A DNA stretch of 64,000 nt. Source: Ophelia neglecta (lineage: Eukaryota). The DNA lies in contig OZ260661.1 in assembly GCA_965285935.1 (NCBI GenBank), positions 116,684,001 to 116,748,000 of the forward strand, given 5' to 3'. Under the pieces are notes generated by a model. It ran no database searches and was not told the DNA's origin. It saw only the letters and a program-made list of their open reading frames with translations. The translations under genes and the position numbers were made by a program. Each line of letters starts with the position of its first letter. Within the stretch, counting starts at the first letter, position 1. Shown here in pieces: positions 11,801 through 20,334 of this stretch.

Positions 11801-14800
11801 CCCTTACAATAGGGGTATATTTATTATCATCCTTCGAGAGGGCATCCCTTTTAATAGGGGCATCCAGGGATTTACTGGTATCTGAATATGCATCTTCAGA
11901 ACCTACAACCTGGGTAATTAATTTGGACTGTTTGTCCTTTACTTTTATTTCTTCCCCATTATCAAAACTATCTGGGGGTATATCTTCAATATCCAATTCA
12001 AAGTTATCATCTAACTGTGAATCCAGACCACCTATTGGTCTATCTAATCTATGAGTAAATATTTTAAGCCTATTTACATGCACCGGAACCTTCAGTTGCT
12101 TGTTTGCTGCAGTCTTTAAGACAACTGTTACCGGAGATAGCTTTTTATATATCCAATAAGGACCATGCCATTGGTGCAAAAATTTTTTGTTAACACCCTT
12201 CTTTACATGAGGACAGTGTAACCACACGTGTTGTCCCACTTGTAATGTCCTATCATTCGCTTTTCTATTGTAATATTCAGTCATTTTCTCTTTGGCATGT
12301 TGTCTATTCTTCTCAGCCACTTCATGAAACACTTCCAGGTTTTCTATTATATCTTCCAAATGTTTATGAGCATTGGCTGTACATTTTGGAATTTTGAGTA
12401 GTGTATTATCAATAGGCAATCTTGGCATGAATCCGTGACTTAATAGAAAAGGACTCAGGCCCGTTGATCCTATTGGGGTTACCCTGTAGGCAAATAGAAT
12501 TGATGATATATATTTATCCCAATTCTTTTGATTTTTCGCTGTATACATAGCCAAAGATTGGACAATTGAAAAGTTGAGTGCTTCACAACGTCCATCTGAC
12601 CATGGCGAATAACTTGTCGTTGTTAGTTTGGTGGTATCCATAAATTTACACAATTCCAAGACAATTGCCGAAAGATAATTTAATCCTCGATCCGACAATA
12701 ATGTCAAAGGACACCCATGCCTACACATCACATTATCATAAAGTACTCTGGCTGTGGTGGCTGCTGTAATATCAGGAACAGCCTCACACTCCGGCCATCC
12801 TGTATAATAATCTATCATGACTATTAAGTATTTATTTCCTGCTTCCGTAACAGGAAGGGGGCCCACAGCGTCTGTCGCCCAATGTAAAAACGGCGCCTTT
12901 GGTGTGTCGAAAGGTTTTAAAGGAGCCCTTAAACTATACTTTGGATTCTTTTTGGTACAACAATCTATGCATGACCTTATCCAATGACTTACATCTGCAT
13001 ATAAACCTATCCAATAATACCTAAGCCGGATTTTTTCATATGTCTTTTCAACACCAAAATGACCAGCATTCGGGTCATCGTGGCATGCTACTAATACGTC
13101 GTGATGTAATTCTGTAGGAACCACCAATTGCTCAATCAGTTGACCTGTTGGGGAATTCTTTGGTAACAGTATATGAAATAAAAGTCCATTGTCATCGATA
13201 AAAAACGAATCTGCCTTAGCTATAATCGCCCTAGCCTCTTTTTCATTATTCGGCAGATTTCCATACCCTATGTAGTCAATGAGATTTCTGAGTTTACTAT
13301 CATTTTGTTGTAAGAGTTTGACCTGGTCAAAGTCATGTGCGCCTGGCACTGTTCCAGTTATTTCGGGCGGATCTAAAACTAATACATCAGGGGTGCTCTC
13401 ATTTTCTAGTGGACTATATTCTCTTCGAGACAACCCGTCACAGTTTCCATGATTCTTGCCTTTTCGATATTCAATATCAAAATCAAAACTTTGTAATAAC
13501 AAGGACCATCTTGCTAGTCTTCCTGTTGGATCTTTGATGCTGAGTAACCATTTCAAACTATGATGATCTGTTACCACAACAAACTTCCTACCAAACAAGT
13601 ATGAACGATACTTTTTTATTGTCATCACCACTGCTAAACATTCTTTCTCGCTAACAGTATAAGACTTCTGGGCTTTATTTAATGCCATTCCACCATAAGC
13701 AATTGGATGATCCTGTCCATTATGAAACTGGGACAAAACAAAACCAATACTTTCATTTGAACTATCACAAAATAGATAGAAGGTTTTGTTAAAATCCGGA
13801 TACGCTAAAACAGGCGCTGCTGCTAGCACCTCTTTTAGGTGATCAAAAGCTGACTGACATGCTTTATCCCACTGAAATTTAACATTTTTGCTTACTTGTT
13901 TATACAAAGGTGAGGCTATTTTCGCAAAGTCTTTCACGAATTTTCTATAATATGCACTAAGACCTAAAAATGCTCTTAGCTGTTTGACCGTTCTGGGAAC
14001 AGGATATTCTTTCACTGCTCGGACTTTATCCGGGTCCACTTCTACTCCATCCGGCCCTATTATATGACCCAAAAACCGAAGTTTTTTATGACCAAAATTA
14101 CACTTTGATAACTTTAATTTTAATCCTGCTTTTCGTAACTTGTCAAATATCATCTGTAGGTCTGACAAATGCTCCTCAAATGACTGTGATGCGACCAAAA
14201 TATCGTCAATAAAAATCAAAGCTTTTTCCCATGGAATTCCTTTCAAAACTCGTTCCATTAATTTTTCAAACACAGCTGGGGATGTTGAAAGTCCCATAGG
14301 GAGAACCCGAAATTCGTATAAATTTCCGTTAGGTCCTGATGTAGCGAAAGCTGTTTTTTCCATACTTTCCTTGGCTAATTTTACTTGAAAATAACCCGAC
14401 ATCATATCAAGGGTAGAAAAAATTTTGGGTTTAGACGAACCTATTCTTTCTAATGTATCATCTATCCTAGGCAACAAATAAGCATTCTTCTTAATACATT
14501 TATTTAATTTTCTGAAATCAATACACACTCTATAATCTCCTGTCTTTTTCTTTACTAATAGTATTGGAGAACTCCAGGGAGACTGACTTTCTTGGATTCT
14601 CCCTGTGTCTAATAGTTCTTTAACCTTTGTATCTATTATTTCTCTTTGGGCCGGACCCACTCTATATGGTCGTTGTTTAATTGGCTCATGGCCTTCCACA
14701 TCAATAACGTGTTCTACTAATGAAGTCATACCCAATTCAGATTCGCTTTTGGCCAACACATCCCTATTACTTTTCACTAGTTCAAATATTTCTTGTTTTT

Positions 14801-17800
14801 GCCTCTCAGTCATATCGGCATCACCTATATTAACTTCAGCCCTAGTTAAATCTACCTTACTGTCAGATTTTATCACGTCATCAGTAAGTTTAGTACTTAT
14901 ATGATTCATATCTGGGGTCTCTTTCATGTCCGTTAATAAATGAATACTATCTTTAGTTGCCTCTATTGGAAAAAAATGCCCTAGTGTTGCTCCTTTTCGT
15001 ATTTTCACAGGCTGCTTTGTAGGGTTTAACAGTAAAATAGGTAACATACCTGACTCAATGGTGGCCAGGGCCCTTCCTGCAGCTATAGAGTATCGGGTGG
15101 GCAGGGTTATATCACCTTCTATTATGCCCGTTTTACCCTCCTGGCTTTTGTCCGAACTATAACAATGTAAAATCATCTGTGACTCGGGGGGAATAGAAAT
15201 TGTCTGAGAATTCCTTAATCTCATCAATCCCGCAAGGTCAACCCGATTACCCAATTTTATAGGTAAGGAACCTTTTAATGTAATTTGGTTATCCTCATAG
15301 CTGATAATAGCGCCATTGGTAGCAAGGAAATCAACTCCAAAAATGATGTCATAATTAATTGATTCCATGATTTGAAAAGTATGATCAACCTCTACATCAC
15401 CCATGGCAATAGACAAATTTACCTCTCCCAATAGGTTTATAGGCGTACCATTAACCGAAGTTACTTGATTATATTGGCTGGGTGGCATAATATAAACATT
15501 AGGGCTATTAAGTTTGATCTGATCAACAAAACTACGTCTGACAACAGAACATGCAGCTCCTGAATCAACAAGGCACTGCGATCTTTTTCCTTGTACTTTA
15601 GCTATAATAACATTAGCAACACCTGTCATTACAGGAGGTAATATATTAAAATCTGGGGAATTTACAGCTTTTCGACTGTCCACTTTTGAAGGAAGCCCCA
15701 TGTGCTCTGAAATACAAATATCATTAGTAAATGTGTCTATGTTGTTCTTCAAAGACGAGTCGTCTGGATTTGCGTCTGGTAAATCTAATTCTGCAGAAGA
15801 AAATTGAGTATCAGATACATTAAAATTTTCTGTCGATTTTATTATCATTTGTGAAACTGGTCCCGTTTCAGTCAGAGCGCTGTGCTGAACAAAATTGAAA
15901 GTTTTCCAAGTTTCGTGCTGGTAAGTTCTCGGTCTACACGCTTCCCCATCAGTATAGACCGGTTCTAGTTTGACTGTGGATTTTCCTTCGTGTATCTTGC
16001 ATTACTAGTCTGGCCGTGCGGTACCATGTCGATAGGCGGATATACTCTATTACCAGAAAATGGCTGGTCGTTGCTAGGCAACGCTGTTCCGAAGTCTGGC
16101 TGCCAATCTCTATTTCCTTGGAACGGTGCCATTGGCTGGCAATGTTGGGTTTCGTAGTTCTGTTGATAAGGCCCATACACATTGCCTGGCCTATACTGCG
16201 ATTGTTGAAAGGGAGGCTGTTGTCTGTTCCCTTGCTCATACCTTTGTCCGGTTCGTGCTCGGTTTTGTTGAAGTTTTACCTTACAGTCTATCGCGAAATG
16301 CCCTTGTTTGGAACAACGAGCACATATTATCTGTTGTTTCCTTTCACGGCAGTTAGCTGTAGTATGATATAACTTCTGACAATGTCCGCAGATAGGAGCT
16401 CCCGAAGTTGCTCGTAATGGGTGAGACTTCTCTCGTGACCGATCCGACTGGGCCAATGTAAGTTCTTTGAGTCTCCTTTTTAGATTTTCTATTTCTCTTT
16501 CCATTTGCTTATTTGTGCTGCCTTGTGTAGACTGTGGCATAGCATTAACAGATGGGTCTTTGTTGTCTTCAAAAGGCATTATCATTTCTTTCAACTTGGC
16601 AAATTCCACTGCTTCCGAAAAAGTGTCTGGTGTTTTTGATAACACGAAACATTTAATGTTATTTCTTAAATTGGTGATATAAAGATTCTTATTTTCATCT
16701 GCTGACTTTCCTAATAAATAACACAATTTAGTAAAGTCATCCGTAAATTGCTGCACTGTCTCTTGGGATTTCTGTTTTCTATTAATCAGAGATTGCTCCC
16801 TGCTGAATTGTAACGATGGGTCGTCAAAACGTTCAAGCAATAATTCTCTTATTGAATCAAAGTCTAATCTATTCTCCATTGGTTGTTCATAAAAGTATAT
16901 CATCGCGGCATCCTCTATTAAGTATTCTACAAGATCCACCTTTTTCTTGTCTTTTATATTGTTTATTTTGCAAAAGACGTCAAACTTTACTAACCAATTT
17001 CTAATATCCTCTGTATTACTACCTCTGAACACAGGCGGAAGCGTATTCATTTTATATACATTAGCATTTTGGATTTCAGGCTGTTCCTGGCCTGATGCCA
17101 TCCTGCTGGGGATACGTTCTATCGGTGCCATATCAGGTGCATCGTGGCTCTGGTCTGAAGGCGCAGAGGGCCTAGCATTTTGCGGCTGTGTATTTAAAGA
17201 CATAGTCCGAACTGTTTCCTTATACGATTTTGCCAAAATGTAATCAATCGGTCTTGGTCAGAACTGTTTCTTGGCGTAGACAAGTATTCATACAAATAGA
17301 TAGATAATATATACTTGCCTTAACGTTGTCTGGTAGGGTAGTTTGTGGTTCCTTTACTTAATATCCGCGGGTTTGGTTGTACAGCTCGTCCGGTTCTTCT
17401 ATTTCTGTGTTGTTATTCTCAACGTTTAAAAACCTGCTCCGAGGTTGGATCAAATTCCACTCTCAACAAGTCCCAAAAGTCCTCTGTTGTTCAAATGTTC
17501 TTGGAAATTTCCTTTTAAATTTTTTTTTAATTATACTCTTCTTAGCACTGCACCATTTGCATCTCTCACCAAGTTGTTTTGGAGTTGTTTTGGAGTTATT
17601 CTTCGTTCTTTACCAGTTCACTCGCTCGGCTGAGAGGTTTGTTAACTCCGCAACTTTTTAGGTTTAAAAATCCTCACCACAATCCACAAAAAACACAAGT
17701 CCGTATAAAATTGAATATGAGCGTGTATTTTTAGTCCAAACAAACAAAGTTCACAAAACTGACTAAGAAGAGCTTGAGTCCAGAGTCGGCCCGAAAAAGA

Positions 17801-19529
17801 TTTGAAAGTGTTTCTTTTTAGAAAAGAAGTTTTCTTCACAAAATCACAAAATTTAGCAAATAGAAGCGCAGTAAGCGGATGGTGTGTGCTTCTTAAAACA
17901 GAGGAGGCCGAACTGCCCGGGAGCGGGCCGCCGCTCCTTTTTATACTCAGGGTCGGACTGGACTCAAAAACGCACTTCCGGTCTTGCCATATTTGGGAAC
18001 ACAAAGAAAATCTCGCCTTGTCAATCAAACAAGTTCTACGCAGTTAGGAAAGTTCTAGAAGGCCTGAACTTTTTCCAGGTTCGGAGCTAGACTGTTTAAT
18101 GGGGATTATTTTGGGGTCCTCAAATGCATATCGAACACTGGAAATACCCCTTTTTGAATAATGGGTCAAGTGTAACCAACTTTCATCCAATTAATTTAAA
18201 ATTTAGACTTGGTGGTCCAGGACCCAGCGTAAACCACAGAGTTCCGTCCCTCGCCAGAGAACCTGCCACATAAATCATCATTGGATCGCCAGGTTACCTA
18301 AAATTAGCCACAACTTTCCATTTGTTGGATTTAAGTTACCAGCAGTCTTGTGGTCAACAGGGGAACTACATGGGTCTCTGGGCAATTCAGAACCATATCA
18401 CTGAAATGGAATTTCGTATGGTTACAGTAGTTTAATTCTTGCTCGATGCTTTTCCAAACTAACAGGGAATATAAATGACGCCAACTGGTTAAGCATGCCC
18501 TGAAAGCACTTGCCCCAACACAGATGAAGGTTCTCCAGTCGGTTTACCTGATTACCAGTCAATGGTTTCAGCACTAGTTCATATAAAGGAGATGGAAGAA
18601 CCACGGATTGGTAAAGCCTCGAGACTAGCAGTGGTTGATGGCCATTAAAGCTAGTTCTTATTCAAACATCGCTCGACATTTGGATCCTGCCTTTACCACA
18701 ATATTTATTCGAAAAAATACGAATTACTTTGAGGCCATGGTCCTAGGAACTAGTCCAGCCAAGATTCATGTTGTTTGCTCCACTAATTTAGCCGCCAATC
18801 CTGCCTTGTATTTGTTTTCTTCAATTTCGTGATTATGTAAAGCATTCTACCTCTAAGTATATGTACTGAAAACACGAAAGTGTGTCCTGGTCTTATAAGC
18901 TTTTGCGAGATATGAGTGGACCAAAAATCACTAAAACGCAGAATCATAGCTATATGCACAATCGATTGTTATTGTGTTAAAAATAATCGAGGTTAATCTT
19001 GTTTTGTTCCAGGTTTTTATGGGCCCGGTGTTGATGAAGTCCCACATGCTAACAACCTGGCTTTGGTATTCTCTAGGTACGATCGTGACATTGTTTGAGC
19101 ACAGTGGATATCACCTTCCCTTCATGAAGTCCAGCGAGGCCCATGACTATCACCATCTGACGTAAGTCAGGATATTCCTTAACCCCCTCCCCCCATCCCC
19201 CTCCACCTTCTTCGTCTCAGATCAAAATTACTTTCTTTAGGCAATGTAAACCTTGTCTCGTGATACAATGTATAGTAAAGCGTATCCAAAAATATCAGCA
19301 TCGTCATCAGTAAATCAACATCTTGTAGAGTGCACGGCTCCCCTAACACAACTGCAATGATTTTCTCACTTTCAATTCTGGTTACAGGTTTAATTACAAC
19401 TTTGGCACCATCGGCTTGTTGGACTGGATCCACGGTACGGACATCCAGTTTTACAAAAATGTTGAAGGCAAAAGACACAGAATATTACTCACCACCAAAT
19501 CGGCAAGGCAGCTATATCCTGACCGTTAA
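2877..19529 (+). CDS. FAXDC2: Fatty acid hydroxylase domain-containing protein 2-like (sterol desaturase/FA hydroxylase family), 6 exons, about 274 aa
   Basis: Phase-consistent GT-AG exons 2877-2955, 4692-4813, 5077-5285, 5457-5580, 19013-19161, 19388-19529. They give DLTGKP..KYKIQPGKN, FYYSHRLLH, HKKHHQWTTP, HSGYHLPF, HDYHH and NFGTIGLLDWIHGTD (His boxes). Exon 1 and the start codon are the least certain. Intron 4 contains the LTR element. Confidence 0.9.
5971..6822 (-). repeat. 3' LTR (852 bp)
   Basis: Direct repeat of 17575-18426 at offset 11604. I saw no differences by eye, and the ORF-track translations over both copies are identical. Confidence 0.97.
6823..6836 (-). promoter_or_regulatory. 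Polypurine tract (PPT)
   Basis: Minus strand reads TAAGAGGGGAGAGA immediately before the TGTAACC start of the 3' LTR. Confidence 0.9.
7679..8413 (-). CDS. ORF4: accessory protein of the LTR element, N-terminal BTB/POZ (SKP1-like) domain plus C-terminal Cys/His-rich region; 236 aa from ATG 8389
   Basis: Uninterrupted ORF between env and PPT on the same strand as gag/pol/env. A splice acceptor (ttgctttaattacag|GTG) sits exactly at 8413. INIHCNNVIY..RIINRSEFMKMLL..VVLEE..YHLLVYI..LLYIIEICAYFLMD resembles a BTB core. The C-terminus has CFH-x5-CTLRCRCPNC and CRSH-x5-CKCGNNC. The ORF is solid; the domain call is by eye. Confidence 0.75.
   Translation of the reverse strand: MCQKARITMEQKEDDQQINIHCNNVIYILNDNRIINRSEFMKMLLSRGETKVVLEEKFLNAYHLLVYIVENNMLFPFDYQLLYIIEICAYFLMDVDFVYERMPIKEFTASNLKQFLRVLYILITQGYISIARNVLKQCRIWLNLDVLATQSYRKLRHAYRNGACFHTWYANFCTLRCRCPNCKLFNEKRSTQLFIGTEFNDDFGVNISPYPTPNWGRLRCRSHMINGVCKCGNNCDLIPRHQKD
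8632..11268 (-). CDS. env: Envelope glycoprotein, class I fusion protein (errantivirus/baculovirus F-like), 878 aa
   Basis: Signal peptide MWKYCIIWAVLSCQVEA, furin site KKRQKR followed by fusion peptide GAPFAFVSNLAKSIFGVAT, heptad region, Cys-rich ectodomain with N-glycosylation sequons, hydrophobic anchor GISVVISLISLSISLYMF, and position downstream of pol. Confidence 0.9.
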   Translation of the reverse strand: MWKYCIIWAVLSCQVEAQQQIIRANYGTLFFKLGGINSATSFWTHTFAVPWIKVKYEDVPSMNCGNAGRQRLKCDSVNDLIILMNEERNKVVKQIEDNIESVKSMIPVKIKKRQKRGAPFAFVSNLAKSIFGVATDEDVATISKHVESMEALQNITIGRLTRLGQQLDSFMNATNERLQNAMDAIKDNHVFITQLTRAMQLVQENLNDISYVLDAYSAFLQNELVATSVFFTLRQESQTWIDGAQTLLQGYLPIHIITPTQIKHVLDDISTDLARRYPLFHISHTDVGFYYQNRDIVFSQSDSYLYITIKVPMSSSMTYFDVFNVVVLPVPVNGSSYNTTLLQGLPSYFGITRDGEFYTELTSEMYSSCVGTDVKKCTSVFTMRSKRFPSCISSLYYDDHEYIKELCDVRYEEASLFNGAIDLGDSYFLASGSDSTWNQICPNTNPRPIKACVFCVIKLNCGCGLDSSHFRIPPKITDCDSSRQNSSSPTYLHPINLPVLHHLQMLPEVLHSITGSTSFKQQPQLELPSLSVIKHNWSEVATKDEKFKTDFKKIAASVKTSNVLYDTQADFIKTHGASGDRDRATWLDEPIFGFSMNGISVVISLISLSISLYMFCSIRNTMTALPVVSSVMPTARASWLDVSNTTLLSRLIKPVSYSKPSTILSKEDVSVFDHKELMLEIILGMLIFMLIANILITLGKLSFLKYLRKKTQPLGGCNSKFILEIFNSDLCSTCDLKEMPACPADIDLNLLSPPLSIQMDFHCISATLFMEWSNTIFERKSDGRKYNLPTDIKISFSERRKLLKILNGPYQAHVYLTHGDLTIPLTYLPSRALLNSYRPACLDLDGPTTINNLGIENGLSTRNPTSTLYPTLTNLYRN
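11442..15848 (-). CDS. pol: Pol polyprotein (protease, dUTPase-like region, RT, RNase H, integrase, chromodomain). The frame stays open upstream across the gag stop, so it is probably made as Gag-Pol.
   Basis: PR LVDSGA; RT YRVCIDFRKLN, LPMGL, FIDD; RH FCDSS..EKE..TDH..DGLSR; IN H-x6-H..CIDC, D(TDAVG)-D(SDRG)-E(RCEA), GPY; chromodomain YEIEKIL..FLIKWKDY..NTWEPEENI. Confidence 0.98.
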   Translation of the reverse strand: MIIKSTENFNVSDTQFSSAELDLPDANPDDSSLKNNIDTFTNDICISEHMGLPSKVDSRKAVNSPDFNILPPVMTGVANVIIAKVQGKRSQCLVDSGAACSVVRRSFVDQIKLNSPNVYIMPPSQYNQVTSVNGTPINLLGEVNLSIAMGDVEVDHTFQIMESINYDIIFGVDFLATNGAIISYEDNQITLKGSLPIKLGNRVDLAGLMRLRNSQTISIPPESQMILHCYSSDKSQEGKTGIIEGDITLPTRYSIAAGRALATIESGMLPILLLNPTKQPVKIRKGATLGHFFPIEATKDSIHLLTDMKETPDMNHISTKLTDDVIKSDSKVDLTRAEVNIGDADMTERQKQEIFELVKSNRDVLAKSESELGMTSLVEHVIDVEGHEPIKQRPYRVGPAQREIIDTKVKELLDTGRIQESQSPWSSPILLVKKKTGDYRVCIDFRKLNKCIKKNAYLLPRIDDTLERIGSSKPKIFSTLDMMSGYFQVKLAKESMEKTAFATSGPNGNLYEFRVLPMGLSTSPAVFEKLMERVLKGIPWEKALIFIDDILVASQSFEEHLSDLQMIFDKLRKAGLKLKLSKCNFGHKKLRFLGHIIGPDGVEVDPDKVRAVKEYPVPRTVKQLRAFLGLSAYYRKFVKDFAKIASPLYKQVSKNVKFQWDKACQSAFDHLKEVLAAAPVLAYPDFNKTFYLFCDSSNESIGFVLSQFHNGQDHPIAYGGMALNKAQKSYTVSEKECLAVVMTIKKYRSYLFGRKFVVVTDHHSLKWLLSIKDPTGRLARWSLLLQSFDFDIEYRKGKNHGNCDGLSRREYSPLENESTPDVLVLDPPEITGTVPGAHDFDQVKLLQQNDSKLRNLIDYIGYGNLPNNEKEARAIIAKADSFFIDDNGLLFHILLPKNSPTGQLIEQLVVPTELHHDVLVACHDDPNAGHFGVEKTYEKIRLRYYWIGLYADVSHWIRSCIDCCTKKNPKYSLRAPLKPFDTPKAPFLHWATDAVGPLPVTEAGNKYLIVMIDYYTGWPECEAVPDITAATTARVLYDNVMCRHGCPLTLLSDRGLNYLSAIVLELCKFMDTTKLTTTSYSPWSDGRCEALNFSIVQSLAMYTAKNQKNWDKYISSILFAYRVTPIGSTGLSPFLLSHGFMPRLPIDNTLLKIPKCTANAHKHLEDIIENLEVFHEVAEKNRQHAKEKMTEYYNRKANDRTLQVGQHVWLHCPHVKKGVNKKFLHQWHGPYWIYKKLSPVTVVLKTAANKQLKVPVHVNRLKIFTHRLDRPIGGLDSQLDDNFELDIEDIPPDSFDNGEEIKVKDKQSKLITQVVGSEDAYSDTSKSLDAPIKRDALSKDDNKYTPIVRDALSKDDNNYTPIVRDALYKKGSNKYTPVRDALSKDEIDKHALNKNRQDSMQVHGDCTYISDSESDNDIYEIEKILKKRKRNGKLEFLIKWKDYPHRFNTWEPEENIIDKKCIEQFMKK
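11695..11865 (-). repeat. In-frame tandem repeat of about 45 bp (about 4 copies) in the integrase-chromodomain linker
   Basis: Encodes repeated P(I)xRDAL(S/Y)KxxN(K/N)YT units. Confidence 0.9.
15916..15974 (-). promoter_or_regulatory. Putative -1 ribosomal frameshift signal at the gag-pol junction
   Basis: pol is in the -1 frame relative to gag. G_UCA_AAC (15974-15968) precedes the gag UAG, followed by a 7-nt spacer and the stem GGUCUAUAC/GUGUAGACC, whose loop can pair with downstream CUUACCAGCA. Confidence 0.7.
15965..17236 (-). CDS. gag: Gag, 423 aa as called from a TTG; the first in-frame ATG is 11 codons downstream
   Basis: Capsid-like LPPVFRG..DIRNWL and RKQKSQETVQQF; two zinc knuckles CGHCQKLYHTTANC and CARCSKQGHFAIDC. 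Confidence 0.95.
   Translation of the reverse strand: MAKSYKETVRTMSLNTQPQNARPSAPSDQSHDAPDMAPIERIPSRMASGQEQPEIQNANVYKMNTLPPVFRGSNTEDIRNWLVKFDVFCKINNIKDKKKVDLVEYLIEDAAMIYFYEQPMENRLDFDSIRELLLERFDDPSLQFSREQSLINRKQKSQETVQQFTDDFTKLCYLLGKSADENKNLYITNLRNNIKCFVLSKTPDTFSEAVEFAKLKEMIMPFEDNKDPSVNAMPQSTQGSTNKQMEREIENLKRRLKELTLAQSDRSREKSHPLRATSGAPICGHCQKLYHTTANCRERKQQIICARCSKQGHFAIDCKVKLQQNRARTGQRYEQGNRQQPPFQQSQYRPGNVYGPYQQNYETQHCQPMAPFQGNRDWQPDFGTALPSNDQPFSGNRVYPPIDMVPHGQTSNARYTKENPQSN
17559..17571 (-). promoter_or_regulatory. Primer binding site, probably tRNA-Ala with a 1-nt bulge
   Basis: TGGTGAGAGATGC lies 3 nt after the 5' LTR. It equals TGGTGGAGATGC (complement of a tRNA-Ala 3' end, GCAUCUCCACCA) with one extra A. 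Confidence 0.65.
17575..18426 (-). repeat. 5' LTR (852 bp) with TATA-like GTATAAAAAG near 17936-17945
   Basis: Direct repeat of 5971-6822, flanked by the PBS and the TSD. Confidence 0.97.
18431..18830 (-). mobile_element. Degenerate non-LTR (LINE) fragment, possibly continuing on the other side of the LTR element (about 5905-5970)
   Basis: Minus-strand translation RLYQSVVLPSPLY..LTGNQVNRLENLH..KCFQGM resembles the post-RT region of LINE ORF2; the frame is broken. Confidence 0.5.
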
Positions 19530-20334
19530 CAAATTGAGAATGGTCATTCTAATGAAAGGATTGGAGATGGCTTTGTGAGGAAGGCAGAAAAGGACTCACA
19601 ATCATCACAAGATGTAAACATGTCACATATGGCACCATTAACAATCAGCGGCAAATAACTGAACACAAAGTGTACTCTTGTAGATATTGTAGACGTTTTT
19701 AATAATGTTAGTCATTGAACCTTTTAATTAGTCAGATACAAAATAAGCTTCATTGAAAATAATAATATCATATATTATTAATATTTATTACATATATTGC
19801 CTCCAATCAGCATGATGATGTGCAACACTTTAAATATATATATAAGTGATTAAAAAGAACAATAAATTATTTGAAACAAACAAGTAGTTCAACTGTTAAG
19901 CAGGAAAAAAACAAGATGCTTAATCTTAATTGTAAGGTTTGTATGAAGAGTAAGGCAACACAACTGAGATGTTGGTCGAACTGTGATGAGTTCAGCCAGA
20001 TATGGTGGAACTGATCCATTTTGACCCCTTACATTCAGCCAAAACAAGTTAGGCTTCTTTTGGCCTAAGTGCCCTAACTTTAGGGCTCTTGTTTGACCTA
20101 AAGAGTCCAAAACTCGGGCCAATGATCGTCCATTGGCATTATATAGGGGAAAAATAGAATAATAGGGCATGTAAGATTTAAAGTGCCCTAAACATTTAGG
20201 TGCATCTGCCCTAGCTAAAGGGGTTAGAAATATAATGCTAGTTTTTGAAACTCTGGGCTTTAACTAAGGCACACTTTTTTTATCCTTCGGGGCCTTCCCT
20301 AGGATTTCAGGTGATTTCAAGGGTTCAGGTAATT

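Larger units (their letters stand above)
5971..18426 (-). mobile_element. Full-length env-carrying Ty3/Gypsy LTR retrotransposon (errantivirus-like) with chromodomain and a fourth ORF
   Basis: Two 852-bp direct repeats with TG...CA ends, 4-bp TSD GTAG (5967-5970 and 18427-18430), PBS, PPT, and intact gag, pol (order PR-RT-RH-IN), env and ORF4. Confidence 0.98.

Noticed and set aside
8894-17243. Numerous + strand ORFs of 60-160 aa opposite env, pol and gag
   Set aside because: Antisense shadows of long coding frames with no independent support
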